This document shows positions 36,378 to 48,982 of a stretch of DNA of 64,000 bases, in pieces (position 1 is the first letter of the stretch; each line of letters begins with the position of its first letter). Made by a program: the position numbers and the translations under genes. Location of the stretch: assembly GCF_964204645.1 (NCBI RefSeq), contig NC_134031.1, positions 12,216,088 to 12,280,087 of the forward strand, written 5' to 3'. The notes under the pieces are model-generated. The model was not told the origin of the DNA. It saw nothing but the letters and a program-made list of their open reading frames with translations, and searched no databases. Origin of the DNA: Tubulanus polymorphus (Eukaryota; Animalia; Nemertea).

Positions 36378-37734
36378 AAACTCTTGAGTTTCTAGGGTAA
36401 GTATCGCTAATTGTATTCCATAGTTATGGACCTTTAAATCTCCTTACAAATCTATAATGGCTTGATATCATTACAATAATAATAAATATTATTTTTATGC
36501 ATTGATTTTTGTATGACATCCCCATTGTTGGGAAAAAACCTTTTTGCATTGTTACTTGCGCATCAATAATATCGGTTTTACTATTATGTGATGCACAATA
36601 ATAATTTCAGGAAAATATATATAAAAAACGCTTTTTCACGCTCTGCATGAATAAGATTTAAGTATTTATTTGAATCTAATTTATTTTGCATTTCAAAATT
36701 ACATTACAAAATAGAACAAGAAATGAAATTCCTAATATGGACTTTCCTTAATTTACATGAGTGTACGTATGTTTAACCAGCATCAAAAATAAACATTGGT
36801 ACTCTAGATTAGGGATTATAAGCAAAACAAATGAAAAATAGTGAAAACTTTGGATTGAATTCAAATGATGGGAGAAGACTGACTTTTACAGATAATTAGA
36901 TCAAAAATAAGGATGGAAAATATCACGAAAAAATATCTTTTTACGAATCATGAATGGAAACGCATAGGCCTGCTTATCTTCGGCATGAAGTTTTTGGCAG
37001 AATTTCAGAGAATCCGTGCTCCAAGTAATCAAAAAAGCCTAAGATGTCCTCCTTGATTGAATCCAGAAGTTTTCATGAAAATCTGTCTATTGATACCATA
37101 TCCATCACACACAACTGCATGACATTCATCATGAATATACATGTAGCAGGTTTTCCCACTGACTCAAATAGACACTCTCCATGTTCATGGTGTGAGGATT
37201 TCTATACACTGTGTAGGCGGCCTACGAAGTTTATTAGACAATTTATTTTCATGAATTGAACAATTTCCAAGTTCCCAATTTTACTGCCTTTCTACAAAAT
37301 TCACTGCTTTTCACGGCCAGCCGCGGTGTACCCTGGTTGAATCCTTTGCAGTTTGCAGGAAAACTTTAACTAGGCCATGCGCTAGGCAAGCTTTTCATAT
37401 ACATGCACAGATCAATACATCACACAGCAGCCAGTCTGTAACAAGCACGTGTGTGTGAAGCCGCAAAAGGGCATGTGTTCTTCCGAAACGAAATGTAGTT
37501 CCAACAACAAATAAATAACTAAATTGATAAATAAGCAAAGGATTCCGATGAAACCCAATAGGGTTAGAGCTTTTATCACTGCATTGAAGGTTTTAAAAGT
37601 CCCAAAGAGAAACTAAGCCTCGTTTGAAAGTAATTTTGTACCAAAGGAAGAGAGTTTCATATGCGATGACAAAATGGACTTCGCTAAAGCCTAAAAATTG
37701 ACAGGGTTTCGTGTGAATTTTTTTACAATATAGA

Positions 37735-37807
37735 GTAATAGTGAAAATGCGAGACCCAGAGAATTCAAAAAGTGACTAATACGAATTCGGGCCCCTAACT
37801 CGAAAAG

Positions 37808-37857
<50 letters not shown>

Positions 37858-38581
37858 TAACAGGAGACATATATAACACAGTATATGACAGTATACATAA
37901 TTTCAATACATCAAATAGCATTTAACTACACATCATAATACATCCAATTATGAGAGGGTGATTTGTACCCGATTAACTGTCTCTCATAGTGTTTCCTAAA
38001 TATATTAATACTTTTAGATTCTTTTAGTTCGATTGATAAGGAATTCCATAAAGTTGGGCCAGAAACCTTTATTGAAAATTGTTTTATAGGGGTTCGGTAA
38101 TGGGGTATGTGTAGATTATTCATACTATGTGTCTGACGACTATGGACCTGAAAATTGAATCTAAAATAGTTCTGAAAACTCTGCTGTGTATTTGAATTTA
38201 CACAATTAAACATAAACAACCCAGCTATAATTTGTTGATTTCATGAATTTTCAAAATATTTGAACTACTAAAAAGAGGATCACTATGATCTAGGTAATGG
38301 GAATCTGATATTTTTCTCGCGGCACGTTTCTGTAGCAAGACTAAGGATTGCAAATTCATATTGTAATTACTTGCCCAAACTATGTTACAGTAGCTTAAGT
38401 AGGGTTCAACCAAACTGAAATATAAACGAGTAAGTACAGATTTGGGTAATGAGTGTTTTAACCTATTCAATATGGCCACACCACGGGTAACCTTAACACG
38501 AACAAAATCGTAATGAGTATCCCATTTTAATTTGTCATCAATATGAATACCTAGAAGAATTTGTATTTTGGACCTTGTCAA
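37735..38581 (-). mobile_element. 5'-truncated CR1/L2-group LINE 3' end
   Basis: LGIHIDDKLKWDTH, LYFSLVEPYLSYCNIVWA, LQKRAAR, GPTLWNSL; (GCGT)n/(GT)n 3' UTR. Confidence 0.85.
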
Positions 38582-38872
38582 TTACTTATTTGTTTGACAT
38601 ACCTTCATCTGAACTCCCACCAACAAGTCATTCAAACTGACACGAAAAATTAGACATAGACTCACTACCATCTTATAACCTTAATTAATTAGCTTTACCT
38701 GAAGTGTGCAAATAATCTCATATTGTATTCTAAGATCATAAAGCCAGGTTGGCTGTTTCACTAAGAAATTCCAAAAGACCAACCATTACATTGAATTTGA
38801 AATAAACCATTGAGCATGCAATAACCTCTCCTTGATAAGTAGAAGTTTTGATTATTTTGTAAAAATAATTAC

Positions 38873-39013
38873 CTTATGGTCAAAAGGATCATCTCTCTCA
38901 CATTTCTTCCTCCCGCAATTACAATAACTGACTGTCTTCAATTTGCTACTATGCATCATTATAGGCAACATTTCTCCAAAATCTTTGGTTTCTGATTCAT
39001 CCGTTTGATGTAA
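38873..39013 (-). CDS. SMG8: SMG8 exon (LHQTDE...CNCGRKKCERDDPFDHK)
   Basis: Acceptor catgcag|TTA, donor CATAAG|gtaatt; 141 nt. Contains the SMG8 motif CNCGRK..RDDPFD. Confidence 0.93.
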
Positions 39014-39376
39014 CTGCATGTAAAAAATGTGCTCAATTATGCATTGTATTTCCCAGCCAATTTGCAGAGGGAAGCTTCCAAGCCTAAAATACATAGATTT
39101 TGTAATACTTTGTCTCCAGTGTAGAATCAATGTTATGTATGTGGAACAATAGGTCCATGGACCTTGATACTCAAGCAGAAACAGCTTACGATTTGTGACC
39201 CGGTACAGTAATGTGAATTTGATAGAATAGTGATTTGGAAATAGACAAACACGGAAATCGACCAACATGGAAAATAATAGATTTCTATCATTTATTTCAA
39301 TGTTGGTCAATCTCCAAATGTGACTATTCTATCAAATTCCAGTACTGGATTTTTCTATCTTATTCCAAGGTGTCTA

Positions 39377-39464
39377 CTGATGCTAATTTCCATATTGCGC
39401 ATTTTCCAGACGTGAAAATTCTGATGCTAATTTCCATATTGCGCATTTTCCAGACGTGAAAATT
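39377..39464. repeat. Perfect 44-bp tandem duplication
   Basis: ctgatgctaatttccatattgcgcattttccagacgtgaaaatt twice. Confidence 0.9.
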
Positions 39465-39695
39465 CTATCAAAGTCCAATACTGTTTTTTTAGGACAATTT
39501 CATTGACGAATTCAATAATATATTTTCTTACAGGTAAGCTCGTTTGATTTTCTAATTCAATGGTAACAATATATACAAGGCACAGAAAACCTGCTATAAC
39601 ATTTTTCTAGCTACATGGATCATATCATTGCATATTATATTCAAAGTAGAATATGTTTGAAAGTGTGATGGAATCACAAAATATGGTATCATTAC

Positions 39696-39851
39696 CTCGA
39701 GTAAACAAGATTTTCCAGTCATGCTTAGCTTTTCACACTGACGGCGTCCATCAAACCACATTTCATTACATGATTTCTCAAGTTGATCAACATATCTTTC
39801 ACATGCTGGTCCTCGTGCGTGAAGAAGGAATACTTTCTTGGCCTGGGCAAG
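39696..39851 (-). CDS. SMG8: SMG8 exon (LAQAKKVFLLHARGPACERYVDQLEKSCNEMWFDGRRQCEKLSMTGKSCLLE)
   Basis: Acceptor ttgtag|CTT, donor CTCGAG|gtaatg; 156 nt, phase 0 to 0. Resembles LAQALRVYSQHARGPA...W.NG.QLCE..SLT of SMG8. Confidence 0.93.
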
Positions 39852-41944
39852 CTACAATTGAATACCAACGCATGAATCATATTTTACACTTGTGATATTC
39901 ACAGCCACATGTGAAGTTACACGGTAAGACGTACATACAGAGATGAAACAAGAGGCCCATGGGCCTTGAAGCATTGGTAGATTATACTGTGCTATGGTAT
40001 TGAATGGTTAATGTTTTACATCTACCGACAAATGTACACCAACTGTGAGTGATAGAACCACGCAGACTTTGTAATTTTAACTTACACGCTGAAAATGAAT
40101 TTCTTGAATGTGCACACTTCCCACTACAAGGTTAAACCTTAACCCTGAACAACCTGGAAAATGTGTTTGGCAACAAGCATATTTCTAACCCTAAAACATA
40201 GTCTTTTTTGGCATTTTGGCCAATTAATTGGCTATTTTCTGTTCCGTATTTATTGGAATTGTGAACCGAATTGAACGTTTCAGTTCCAAAGATACTTAAA
40301 GATGATATTTTCCTCCATTTGAATTTTGGCCATAATCTATTTTCAGGGATGAGAACGCCGACCAAAAAAATGCGCGGGTTATTTTTCTTGAGTGACATAC
40401 GTGAACCAGCTGACAGCGTAGCCGTCAGCACTAGCGAGCGCCGAAGGCGCGAAGCTATTTCGGGGGGTTTGGGTTTGGCCCTCCCCCAAGAAAATTTTAG
40501 AAATTAAATACATTTTCGAGCACTTAGAGCGATCTTGAACCCATGAACGACTATTATATTTTGGAAGGTAATGGCTAGTTCCAATGTGGTACATCCTCAT
40601 TTGATGACATTCAGCATCTCATGCATTACGGGTCGAGCCTTGAATTATTGCAGTAAAAATGCGCCGATGAATGCTCACTAAAAATCATCACCAAGTAGTG
40701 TATAATATCCGAAGGCGTTCGCCACACACACGCAGCAACAGTAAGTAGACCTATATACGTTACTACTGTTGCTGTGCGTGGGTGTCTGCAACCGATCGAT
40801 AAAATACATACACACTCATCGTAGTACAAATGTACATACAAAATCGCTGTGTTGCAATGAATATGCATTGAAATGCGAGCTTTCATAAAATACATACAGT
40901 ATGGAGTTATCCCTCATATCTACTGAGTTATTAAGTTTTCCCCTTGCAAGGTCCAAAATCTCTCATAGGCCGAAAAAATACTTGCCAGTTAAAGGGTTAA
41001 AGGTAACAGCAACAGCAAAAAATTCCTCAGAGAAGGTAAATTGTTTATATAGAATAATTATTATTGAAACTTAATTGGAGATTTGGATTATACAAAGTTC
41101 CAATTTTTTTAATTGCGTGATCCAAAGATAATTCCACAAAATACACATAGGTCTATGACAACTGCACTGGCATCTAGTACAGGGAATATAATAAGAAACG
41201 TTTATGCTGGTGGAATAACGTTTTCCAGGTAGGAAAACTGGTAGGAAACCAGTTTTGCAGTTGAGCAGAAACCATGTTCAGTGTCTATTGTAGACACGTA
41301 TGCACTACTCAAAACCTTTCTGACAAACTGAAATTATACAATACATACCAAATAATTCCAGACATAATCATAACACAAATAAGCTACAATGAATTTAATA
41401 CACCGTTGGAGCTTGTCAAGTTAGAAATCTAAGGTAAGCATATACGGATATGTAAAACCCACGATCATGGCCTTTTAGCATCATGAGAAACATATATTTA
41501 TTTTGGAGGAATCCCTCTCCGTTGCATGCAAAAAATCTCAGTTAAGATGTTGGCCTAAGAATTCATAGTTTTTCATGTGGTGCCCCGTGTAAAAGTCGAC
41601 TTTAGTTTTCAGTTTCATATCTCAAAAAACATTTTTAAACGACTATGAAATTTGGGTGAATATCGTATACAAAATTATTGAAAGTCGATTATGTTATTTC
41701 CTCGATAGATGGCACAAGAAAACATCTAATTTAAGTGATTAAACAATACTTTAAGGTGATTTGGAAAATTAATGAAAAAAATTAATATAAGCACGATAAA
41801 TCATTCATTAATCAATATTCTGTATTTTCCGGTGTATAAGTCGAGTTTTTGAGACCAAAAATCATGTCCAAAAAACGTAGGTCGACGTATGCACCGAATA
41901 CACTTTCAATATCATTTAAACTGTCGATGTTTAAGAGTTCAAGG

Positions 41945-42138
41945 TGTGATGGAATATGTCCATCAGTCGTTTTCTATGTTGTAACTGGAGGGTGCTGCCC
42001 TCTCTTTCTCGAAAATACAGAACAATAGGTGATTGTGTAAATATCTTTTGTCCGCCTTTTTACTGGTTTTTGGGCTCTCAGAGTCGATATTTGGAGGAAA
42101 CTTCTACTGTGGAACAGGCAGAATAAGACCTCGTTACA
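41945..42138 (+). repeat. 5' LTR (194 bp)
   Basis: tgtgatggaa...ctcgttaca; differs from 3' LTR by three substitutions and one 4-bp indel. Confidence 0.97.
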
Positions 42139-42140
42139 TC

Positions 42141-42161
42141 TGGTGGCAGCGTAGTGGGATT
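42141..42161 (+). promoter_or_regulatory. Primer-binding site, probably tRNA-Leu
   Basis: tggtggcagcg(ta)gtgggat 2 nt after the LTR; complementary to the ...CCCACCGCUGCCACCA 3' end of tRNA-Leu (recall). Confidence 0.75.
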
Positions 42162-42383
42162 TGATTGTGAAAAAACCAGTTGAAATTGAGTTGAAGCGGT
42201 GAACACGTTTTTCTCCGTTTAGTCTGTGTAAATTACGGTTACTTTTTGTGTGTACTTAACGTATTTTTTTTTACCTACTTCGTAATTCCTAGTACATATT
42301 TAGTATTATTTAAGTGCCTGTTTCCCCTAAATTTATTTGCGGTCCTGTATTTTCTGTGTCATTTATATAAAAGAATAGTAATT

Positions 42384-43501
42384 ATGTCGGATGTTGAGAA
42401 TGATGTGTGTGAGCCCTTGGCCTTATCTAGGCCTATGTCACCAACGGCCGGAGCTGCACATCATGACCTCCTGGTTAGTGGGGAGGGTAACCTCTCGTTA
42501 AAACTAAAACGTGGGAGTCCAACGAAGACAAAAGTGGAAAATTTGAAAAAATCTGAGGATTCCATCCTCCAGCGACTGACTGAAGTGATGGAGAGGGTCG
42601 TGACGAGAGATGCACCCACCCCGAAAATGCACAATATTCCGGCACCCAAGCCCTATACCATGGGACACAATTTCCGCGTTTGGCTCGAAGGTTTGACGCG
42701 TTCGCTGACCTGGCTCAGATTAGTTCTCGCATTAATGGGGGCGAACAGCGTAAATCACACCTGATGATGCGACTTGACCATGAGGCATACCAGGCTGTCT
42801 CGAAACTACGTCTCGACTCGAGCCTGTTGTATGATGATTTCTGTCGGCGGCTATCATCCCGTTTCCAACAAACAAAGACTGTGGATGACTTTAAGATGTT
42901 GTTGAAAGGGAGGGACCAAAAGACAACTGAATCTGTGGAACGCTATGCCGACGAGTTAGCAGAACTGGCAAGGAACGCGTACCCTGGCATTGCCTTCGAG
43001 CTGCAGGATGAATTGGCCAAAGACCAATTCCTTAAAGGTAATAGCCTACCCGTCTCAGCGAAGCAGTCAATGTATGCGGCCCAGCCAAGTTCGTTGGCTG
43101 CAGCAGTCGCTCAAGCACGGACTCTGGAAACAGCGAGACGGTTGACTGAGGGCACGACTCATAAACAAAAAGTATCCGTTAACCAGACCCAGCTCGACTC
43201 GACTAGCTCAGCCATAGCCAAACAACTCGACGAATTGAAATCGATGATGGGAACGCTGATGACTCAAGTAGGCCATTTGGAAGCAGTTGTCTCTGGTAAT
43301 GGCAATCGTCGACCGCCCGCCGATGACAAATGTTGGCGTTGCAGGGATGCAGACCACCCCAAAAACTTGTGCCCACAAGTTAAATGCTATAATTGCGGGG
43401 GGAGTGGTCACTATTTAAGTAACTGCCACCTACCTAAGGGAAACCAGGGAAACGAGAAGCGGGGTTTTCAGGGGGGCAGTGGATACCCCATCAGGAAATA
43501 G
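42384..43501 (+). pseudogene. gag: Gypsy Gag (one frameshift near 42690)
   Basis: Capsid-like region, two CCHC knuckles CWRCRDADHPKNLC and CYNCGGSGHYLSNC. Confidence 0.9.
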
Positions 43502-43508
43502 TCCCCCT
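43438..43508 (+). promoter_or_regulatory. -1 ribosomal frameshift signal (slippery heptamers plus pseudoknot)
   Basis: G GGA AAC at 43438-43444 and 43447-43453 in gag frame; stem ggggttttca/tggatacccc starts 7 nt later; loop G-run complements tccccct at 43502-43508; pol frame is -1 and open from 43438. Confidence 0.85.
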
Positions 43509-46500
43509 TGTACCGCTGTATATACCCCCCCGCAAGGCATGTGATTCTAGTGGAGATACACCTACTGATGGTCCGCATCCTACTAGAACCATCACTGTTA
43601 GACCACCACAACATACCCAAAGTATAGAAGAAAATCGACGTGACCCTTCGGAGAACAGTGAGGCTCCCAGTCCGGCTACGGAAAACACTTGTCACAAGTT
43701 GCGCGACACCAAGGTTCAAACAACAGGAACAGAACCAGCCCAGACGAGCTTAGTTACAAACATCGGAACAGTGAGGCTACACGCCTCGGGCCTTTTCTGT
43801 GATGCCGTAGTAAATGACCATTCGAAAGCGGTGGTACTCCTGGACACTGGTGCCTCCTGCACAATCATTAGAGGTTCGGTATGGGACTCTAGTAGCCCGA
43901 CTGGTGAAGCCGCTGCACTGAGGCCAATCGAAGGAATCGTGACAACGGCTACCGGTCAGCCAATGGAGTTACGTGGATTAGCTGATGTATGTCTGAGAGT
44001 TGGAACTGAAGAATTTCATGTCCCCATGATCGTCAGCGAGGATTTGGCACAAGACTGCTTGCTTGGAAGTGATTTCTTCGAGAAATATGGCTGCAACATA
44101 GATTACCGTAACAAAGTGCTCCGCTTCGGAAGCCTCAGCGAGGTGCCTGTCCGCCAGAGCCCCAAACACGCGAGCGCTTGCAGGGTGTTCATCAGTAAGA
44201 GCCAAATCATTCCAGCTGGATCCGAGGTGGTGGTAAATGGATACATGAAACGGAGTTATGTTCATAATAATTCGACCTCAGGGATGATCAGCAGCTGTGG
44301 ACGGAATAATTTTTGCACTGGGAAAACGCTGGTGGTACCGGAGGCAAACCAGATACCGGTTCGGCTGGCTAACTTCTCGGAAGAGGCTTGTAGAGTCGAC
44401 AGGGGCCAGACTATTGGTCTATTCTGCCCCCTACAGTCAGTTGACATCATGACTGTCGACGACCATGCTCAAAACCCGTCAACTCCAAAAATCCAGCTGC
44501 AGGGTGGTGACAATACTGAATTCATGGACCTCTTGAGAGAATTGAAAATCGACCAGCTTGAAATCCCCACTGACATGATAACACAGCTTGTTGACATCAT
44601 ACGGGAGCACAAGTCAGTATTCTCGATGGGAGACTTTGACATTGGTCGAACAGATTCGCTTGAATTCGAGATTGACACCGGTGACCACCCACCGATAAAA
44701 CAACATCCCCGTCGGCTACCCCCTGGTAGGAGAGCTTTTGTTGAGGGGACAACCAAGGAGCTTTTAGAACACGACTTGATCCGGCCATCCACCAGCCCGT
44801 GGTCAAGCCCAATAGTTCTAGCGAAAAAGGCCGATGGTTCCCTGCGTTTATGCTGCGATTACCGCCGACTCAATGACGCAACAGTCTAAGACGCTCACTC
44901 ATTAGGTAGAATAGACAGTACCCTAGAGGCTTTATCGGGCGCAACCTGGTTCTCGTCCCTCGATTTAACCAGCGGATACTGGCAGGTCCCAATAAAGGAA
45001 TCAGACAAACATAAGACCGCATTCACGACTGAAAACCATCTATTTGAGTGGAATGTCATGCCGTTTGGAGTCTGTAGTGCCCCGGCGTCATTCAGCAGAC
45101 TGATGGCAATGGTACTGGATGATGTTGCATGGAAAACATGCCTTATCTACCTGGATGATGTAGTGGTGTTTAGTCATGATCTACCAACCCATCTGACGCG
45201 ATTACAAGAGGTATTTCATTGCTTTCAGAAAGCTGGTCTCAAGCTAAAACCGAGGAAGTGCTCGCTTGTCCAGCGGCGCCTCAAGTTTTTGGGGCATGTA
45301 GTAAGCGAGGCCGGTGTCGAAACCGACGGTGCCAAATGCGATAGAGTCAGGGATTGGCCGACCCCAACGTCAGTTACCGAACTGCGTAGTTTCCTTGGTC
45401 TTGTGACATATTACTCGCAATTCATCAAGGATTTCGCCGACTTGACAGCCCCGCTACACCGCCTTACGAGGAAAAATGAACCATTCGTCTGGACATCCAA
45501 GCAACAACTAGCGTTTGACGGACTGAAAGAAAAGCTGAACAGCTCCCCTATCCTGGCATTCCCAGATATCTCGGAGGGCGCTGGAGAGTTCATTTTGGAC
45601 TGTGACGCCTCTAACTGGGCTATCGGAGGGGTGCTGTCACAGCTACAACGCGATGGTTCTGAGAGAGTGATCGAGTACGGTAGCCGCACGCTGAAAGGTG
45701 GAGAGGAGAACTATTGTGCCACCAGGCGCGAAATGTTGGCCTTGGTTGACATGATTGATCACTTCCGCCACCATTTACTAGGCAGGAAATTCAAAGTTCG
45801 CACAGACCACGCAGCACTCAAGTGGCTACAAACCTTCAAAAACCCTGAGGGCCAAGTGGCTCGGTGGCTTGAACGCCTGTCGGAATATGATTTCGTGATC
45901 GAACATCGAGCTGGAAGCAAACATTTGAACACAGACGCCCTGTCTCGCATCCCTAAGAGACAGAGGAAACATGGGGACTGCCCAACTTGTGGTGACACTG
46001 GTCCATCTATATACCAGGTGACTGCAAAACATCAGGGCGATTTGACAGCGCACTCCACTGGCTTGTCCAGGAACAAAATAATCGAGGCGCAGGTAAATGA
46101 CCCCGAAATATCAGAAATTAGGGAGTTCTTGGCCGGAGATGGGGTCAAGGACAAGAAACGGCTACAACGGTGTGGTAGAACAGCGAGGAGCCTCTATAGT
46201 CTGGTTGAGCGTCTAGAGCTTTTAGATGGCATTCTTGCGCTTAAACCACTTCCGGGGGCTACCTCAACGAGACACCGAGTGGTACTACCCATTTCACTGA
46301 CTGATGGAACCATAGGAGTCATACATCAGGGATTTGCGGGGAAACATCTCGGTACCAAAAAGACAGAGTGCAAAATTAGGGAAAGATTCTGGGTATTAGG
46401 CCTCTCAGCTAGGGTCAGGGATTTTGTTCGGGGCTGCAAAACTTGCCAAGAGTGCAAGTCCCCGTCCAAACTACCAAAAGCCCCAATGGTGTCTACACCG

Positions 46501-47946
46501 GTAGGGCGACGCTTCCAGCGTGTACATATAGACATCGTGGGCCCATTACCGAGAACCCGCCGCGGCAATGTCTACATTCTAGTGGCTCAAGATGCATTCA
46601 CTAAGTGGCCCGAAGCATGGCCAATTCGCATGGAAAAGGCCTCCGTGGTGGCACGTGCCCTTGTGAACGAGTGGGTCACCCGTTACGGCTGCCCTGAATC
46701 CATCCACTCGGACAAAGGCGCGAACTTCGAGTCGAAAGTTTTCATGGAGATGTGTAGGATCTTGGCTATTGAAAAGACCAGAACCACTGCCTACCATCCT
46801 ATGGGCAATGGGCAGGTGGAAAATTTCAATAAGTCCCTGAAGGCCATGCTGACTACAGCCGTCAATGAGTGTGGAACAAACTGGGACGAGGAACTACCTG
46901 CGTGTTTGATGGCATTTCGTTCAAGCGTCCAGCACTACACTCTTGAAACGCCGTTCTACTTGATGTACGCCGAGGAAATGTCACTACCGATCGACATCAG
47001 CGTAGGCTTGCCCGAGGACCACCAACCAAGGACTAAGTATGGCATGGACCTCTCTGACCGCCTCACTAAGTCACACAACATTGTTCGTGATCGACTAGTG
47101 ATGGCACAAAGGCGTCAGAAAATGGACTATGACCGTTTCGCAAAACGCGGGGGTTACAAGGTCGGGGATCGCGTGTGGCTGATGAGCCATTTCTTGAAAA
47201 AGGACGAGGCATCTAAGTTCCACCGGAAATGGAAAGGGCCTTACCTCGTGACCGAGAGACTATCGGAGGTGAATTACAGGGTTGTCCTGGAACCAGGCGC
47301 CGATCCGAGGGCGGTGAAGAGAAAGCGGGTTGTGCACTTCAATGATATGAAACCGTGCTTCCTGTCTAGTGAGACCGTGACCATAGGTCATAAAAAACCT
47401 AAACAGGAACCGGTTAAAACGACCGATCCCGAGGAGCAACCAACCCTCAATGACGACGAGGGGGAGGAAGATGAAGACTGTGTCTGGACACGGTCACACC
47501 CCGAGACAACGGCGGTTATTCAAGAACCTCTTGCAACAAACCCTACCCAAAACCATCGCGAGCCTCCTACTCAAAACCGCTCCAAGCCTGGGCCTTTGAA
47601 CATTACAGACATTGAGGGGCACAGAAGACTCAGGCCCAGAGTAGGGATCAGGCGCCCTAGTCGGTTCGTAAACTCATGTACAGTCAACAACGATGATTCG
47701 CTAGCCAACCAAAATAGGGCCTCAGACCCTTTGGTGGATCCAAACACACTTATAGGACCTCCAGTCGCCTCGGACAAGATTGAGCAGAACAACATTTTTG
47801 ATATAGAACTGATCCAAAATTGCCAGAAATGTCGCGAAGTTCGGTCCCGGATTAACGTGAGGAAAGGCTACTGGTTAGAAATGGGCCGGTACCTTAAATC
47901 AAAGGGTTATATATATATATATATATATAGATACCCTTGTATATAA
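43447..47946 (+). pseudogene. pol: Gypsy Pol (protease, RT, RNase H, integrase) with one premature stop at 44887-44889
   Basis: LLDTGAS; PWSSPIVL, DYRRLN, MPFGV, YLDD; DASNWAIGGVLSQ, TDHAAL; HHCC, HIDIVGP, HSDKG, NGQVE; KWKGPY. TAA replaces the expected K of T.KDA. Confidence 0.95.
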
Positions 47947-48158
47947 CCCTGTATATATATTTACTTAGTTTTAGTAGACAGTTTATTATCATTTGTAACT
48001 GGTGGTGACTAGGATTTCAGACCCCTTGCACCTCCTGATGGTATGCTTGGGTCCACCCACCTTGCATGATTCGGGTGGTATCTGAATGAACGGAATCTCC
48101 GCCATTTAGTCTTGTCGTTGCAGCCAACTCATGTTTTGAACTATTTATCGTTTCTAGC

Positions 48159-48982
48159 ATGGACTGTATCGAGTTAGACCAGTTATCTAGCCTCCACGAG
48201 GCGACACAGACCCTTAAACGGCAGGTCTCGAAAGAAGTCTGTTCCACCCTTCACAGACAGGACAAGACCCTCAGCGAATTGAGAGCCAAGATGGGCAGAC
48301 TTTATAACTCTGCCGTAGAACAGTCGTTTGTAGAGGATCCTGGTCGCATAGTAACCGGTGCGGTTGTAACCGGTCTCAAGACGACAAAGACCCGACGTTT
48401 TTGGCTGAAGATGAGCACAGCTGCATTTGAGTACATCAGCCAGGAACTAGTGAACGCCCTGGCTGAATGTGGTGGTGACTCCTCGCACATCTGGCCGAAA
48501 CTTGGAGACTTGAAACAGAGGGCAGTTGAGGACTTACCAATCGTGTTGCTGGGAGACTCGATGTTTACGGGGCTAAAGGCCAGCGGCGGTTTGATTCCAA
48601 TTTGCCACCCTGGTGAACGACTCGGTGATTTGTTGGAGTACCTCCCACATGTATCCTTTAGGGCAAGAGCGATTGTGGTCACGCATGGTATGAACCATGC
48701 CGGCGATTATGGCAGGACGACAGAGAAGTTTTGGCGCTACTCAAGGGCAAGCACCCTTCTGTTCCCCTTTTCCACCTACAGACCCCTGTCCCTCCTTGCT
48801 GGCGTGGTGACCACAATCGGGTAAACAACATCAACCGGGTTAACGTCTTCGCCCTCCGTGCCGGGTTCCAACAGGCCGACCATCCAGATATCCCGGATTC
48901 TGATTTTGTGGGGATCCACTACAAAAAGTCGGCCATGCACTATGTCTGTCGGGAAATAATCCGTGTGGTAGATCGCGTCTGA
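48159..48982 (+). pseudogene. Gypsy ORF3: N-terminal coiled coil plus SGNH/GDSL hydrolase-like domain (one frameshift near 48725)
   Basis: Block I IVLLGDSMF, block II CHPGERL, block III IVVTHGMNH, block V-like DFVGIHY; lies between integrase and PPT. Confidence 0.75.

Noticed and set aside
37030-37480. Cys-rich PHD-like fragment on the minus strand (DWLLCD...FSCK)
   Set aside because: Too degenerate (stops, missing ligands) to assign to a family.
38852-39310. 152-aa ORF as a whole gene
   Set aside because: Only 38873-39013 is bounded by splice sites and SMG8-like; the rest is open intron.
39653-39895. 80-aa plus-strand ORF
   Set aside because: Antisense of the SMG8 exon 39696-39851.
28483-41000. 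Single 12.5-kb piggyBac element defined by matching TTAA ends
   Set aside because: It would enclose three SMG8 exons, and the subterminal sequence is present at both places, so these are two separate partial copies.
48159-48982. ORF3 as a retroviral envelope gene
   Set aside because: No signal peptide, cleavage site or transmembrane anchor; motifs are SGNH-like.
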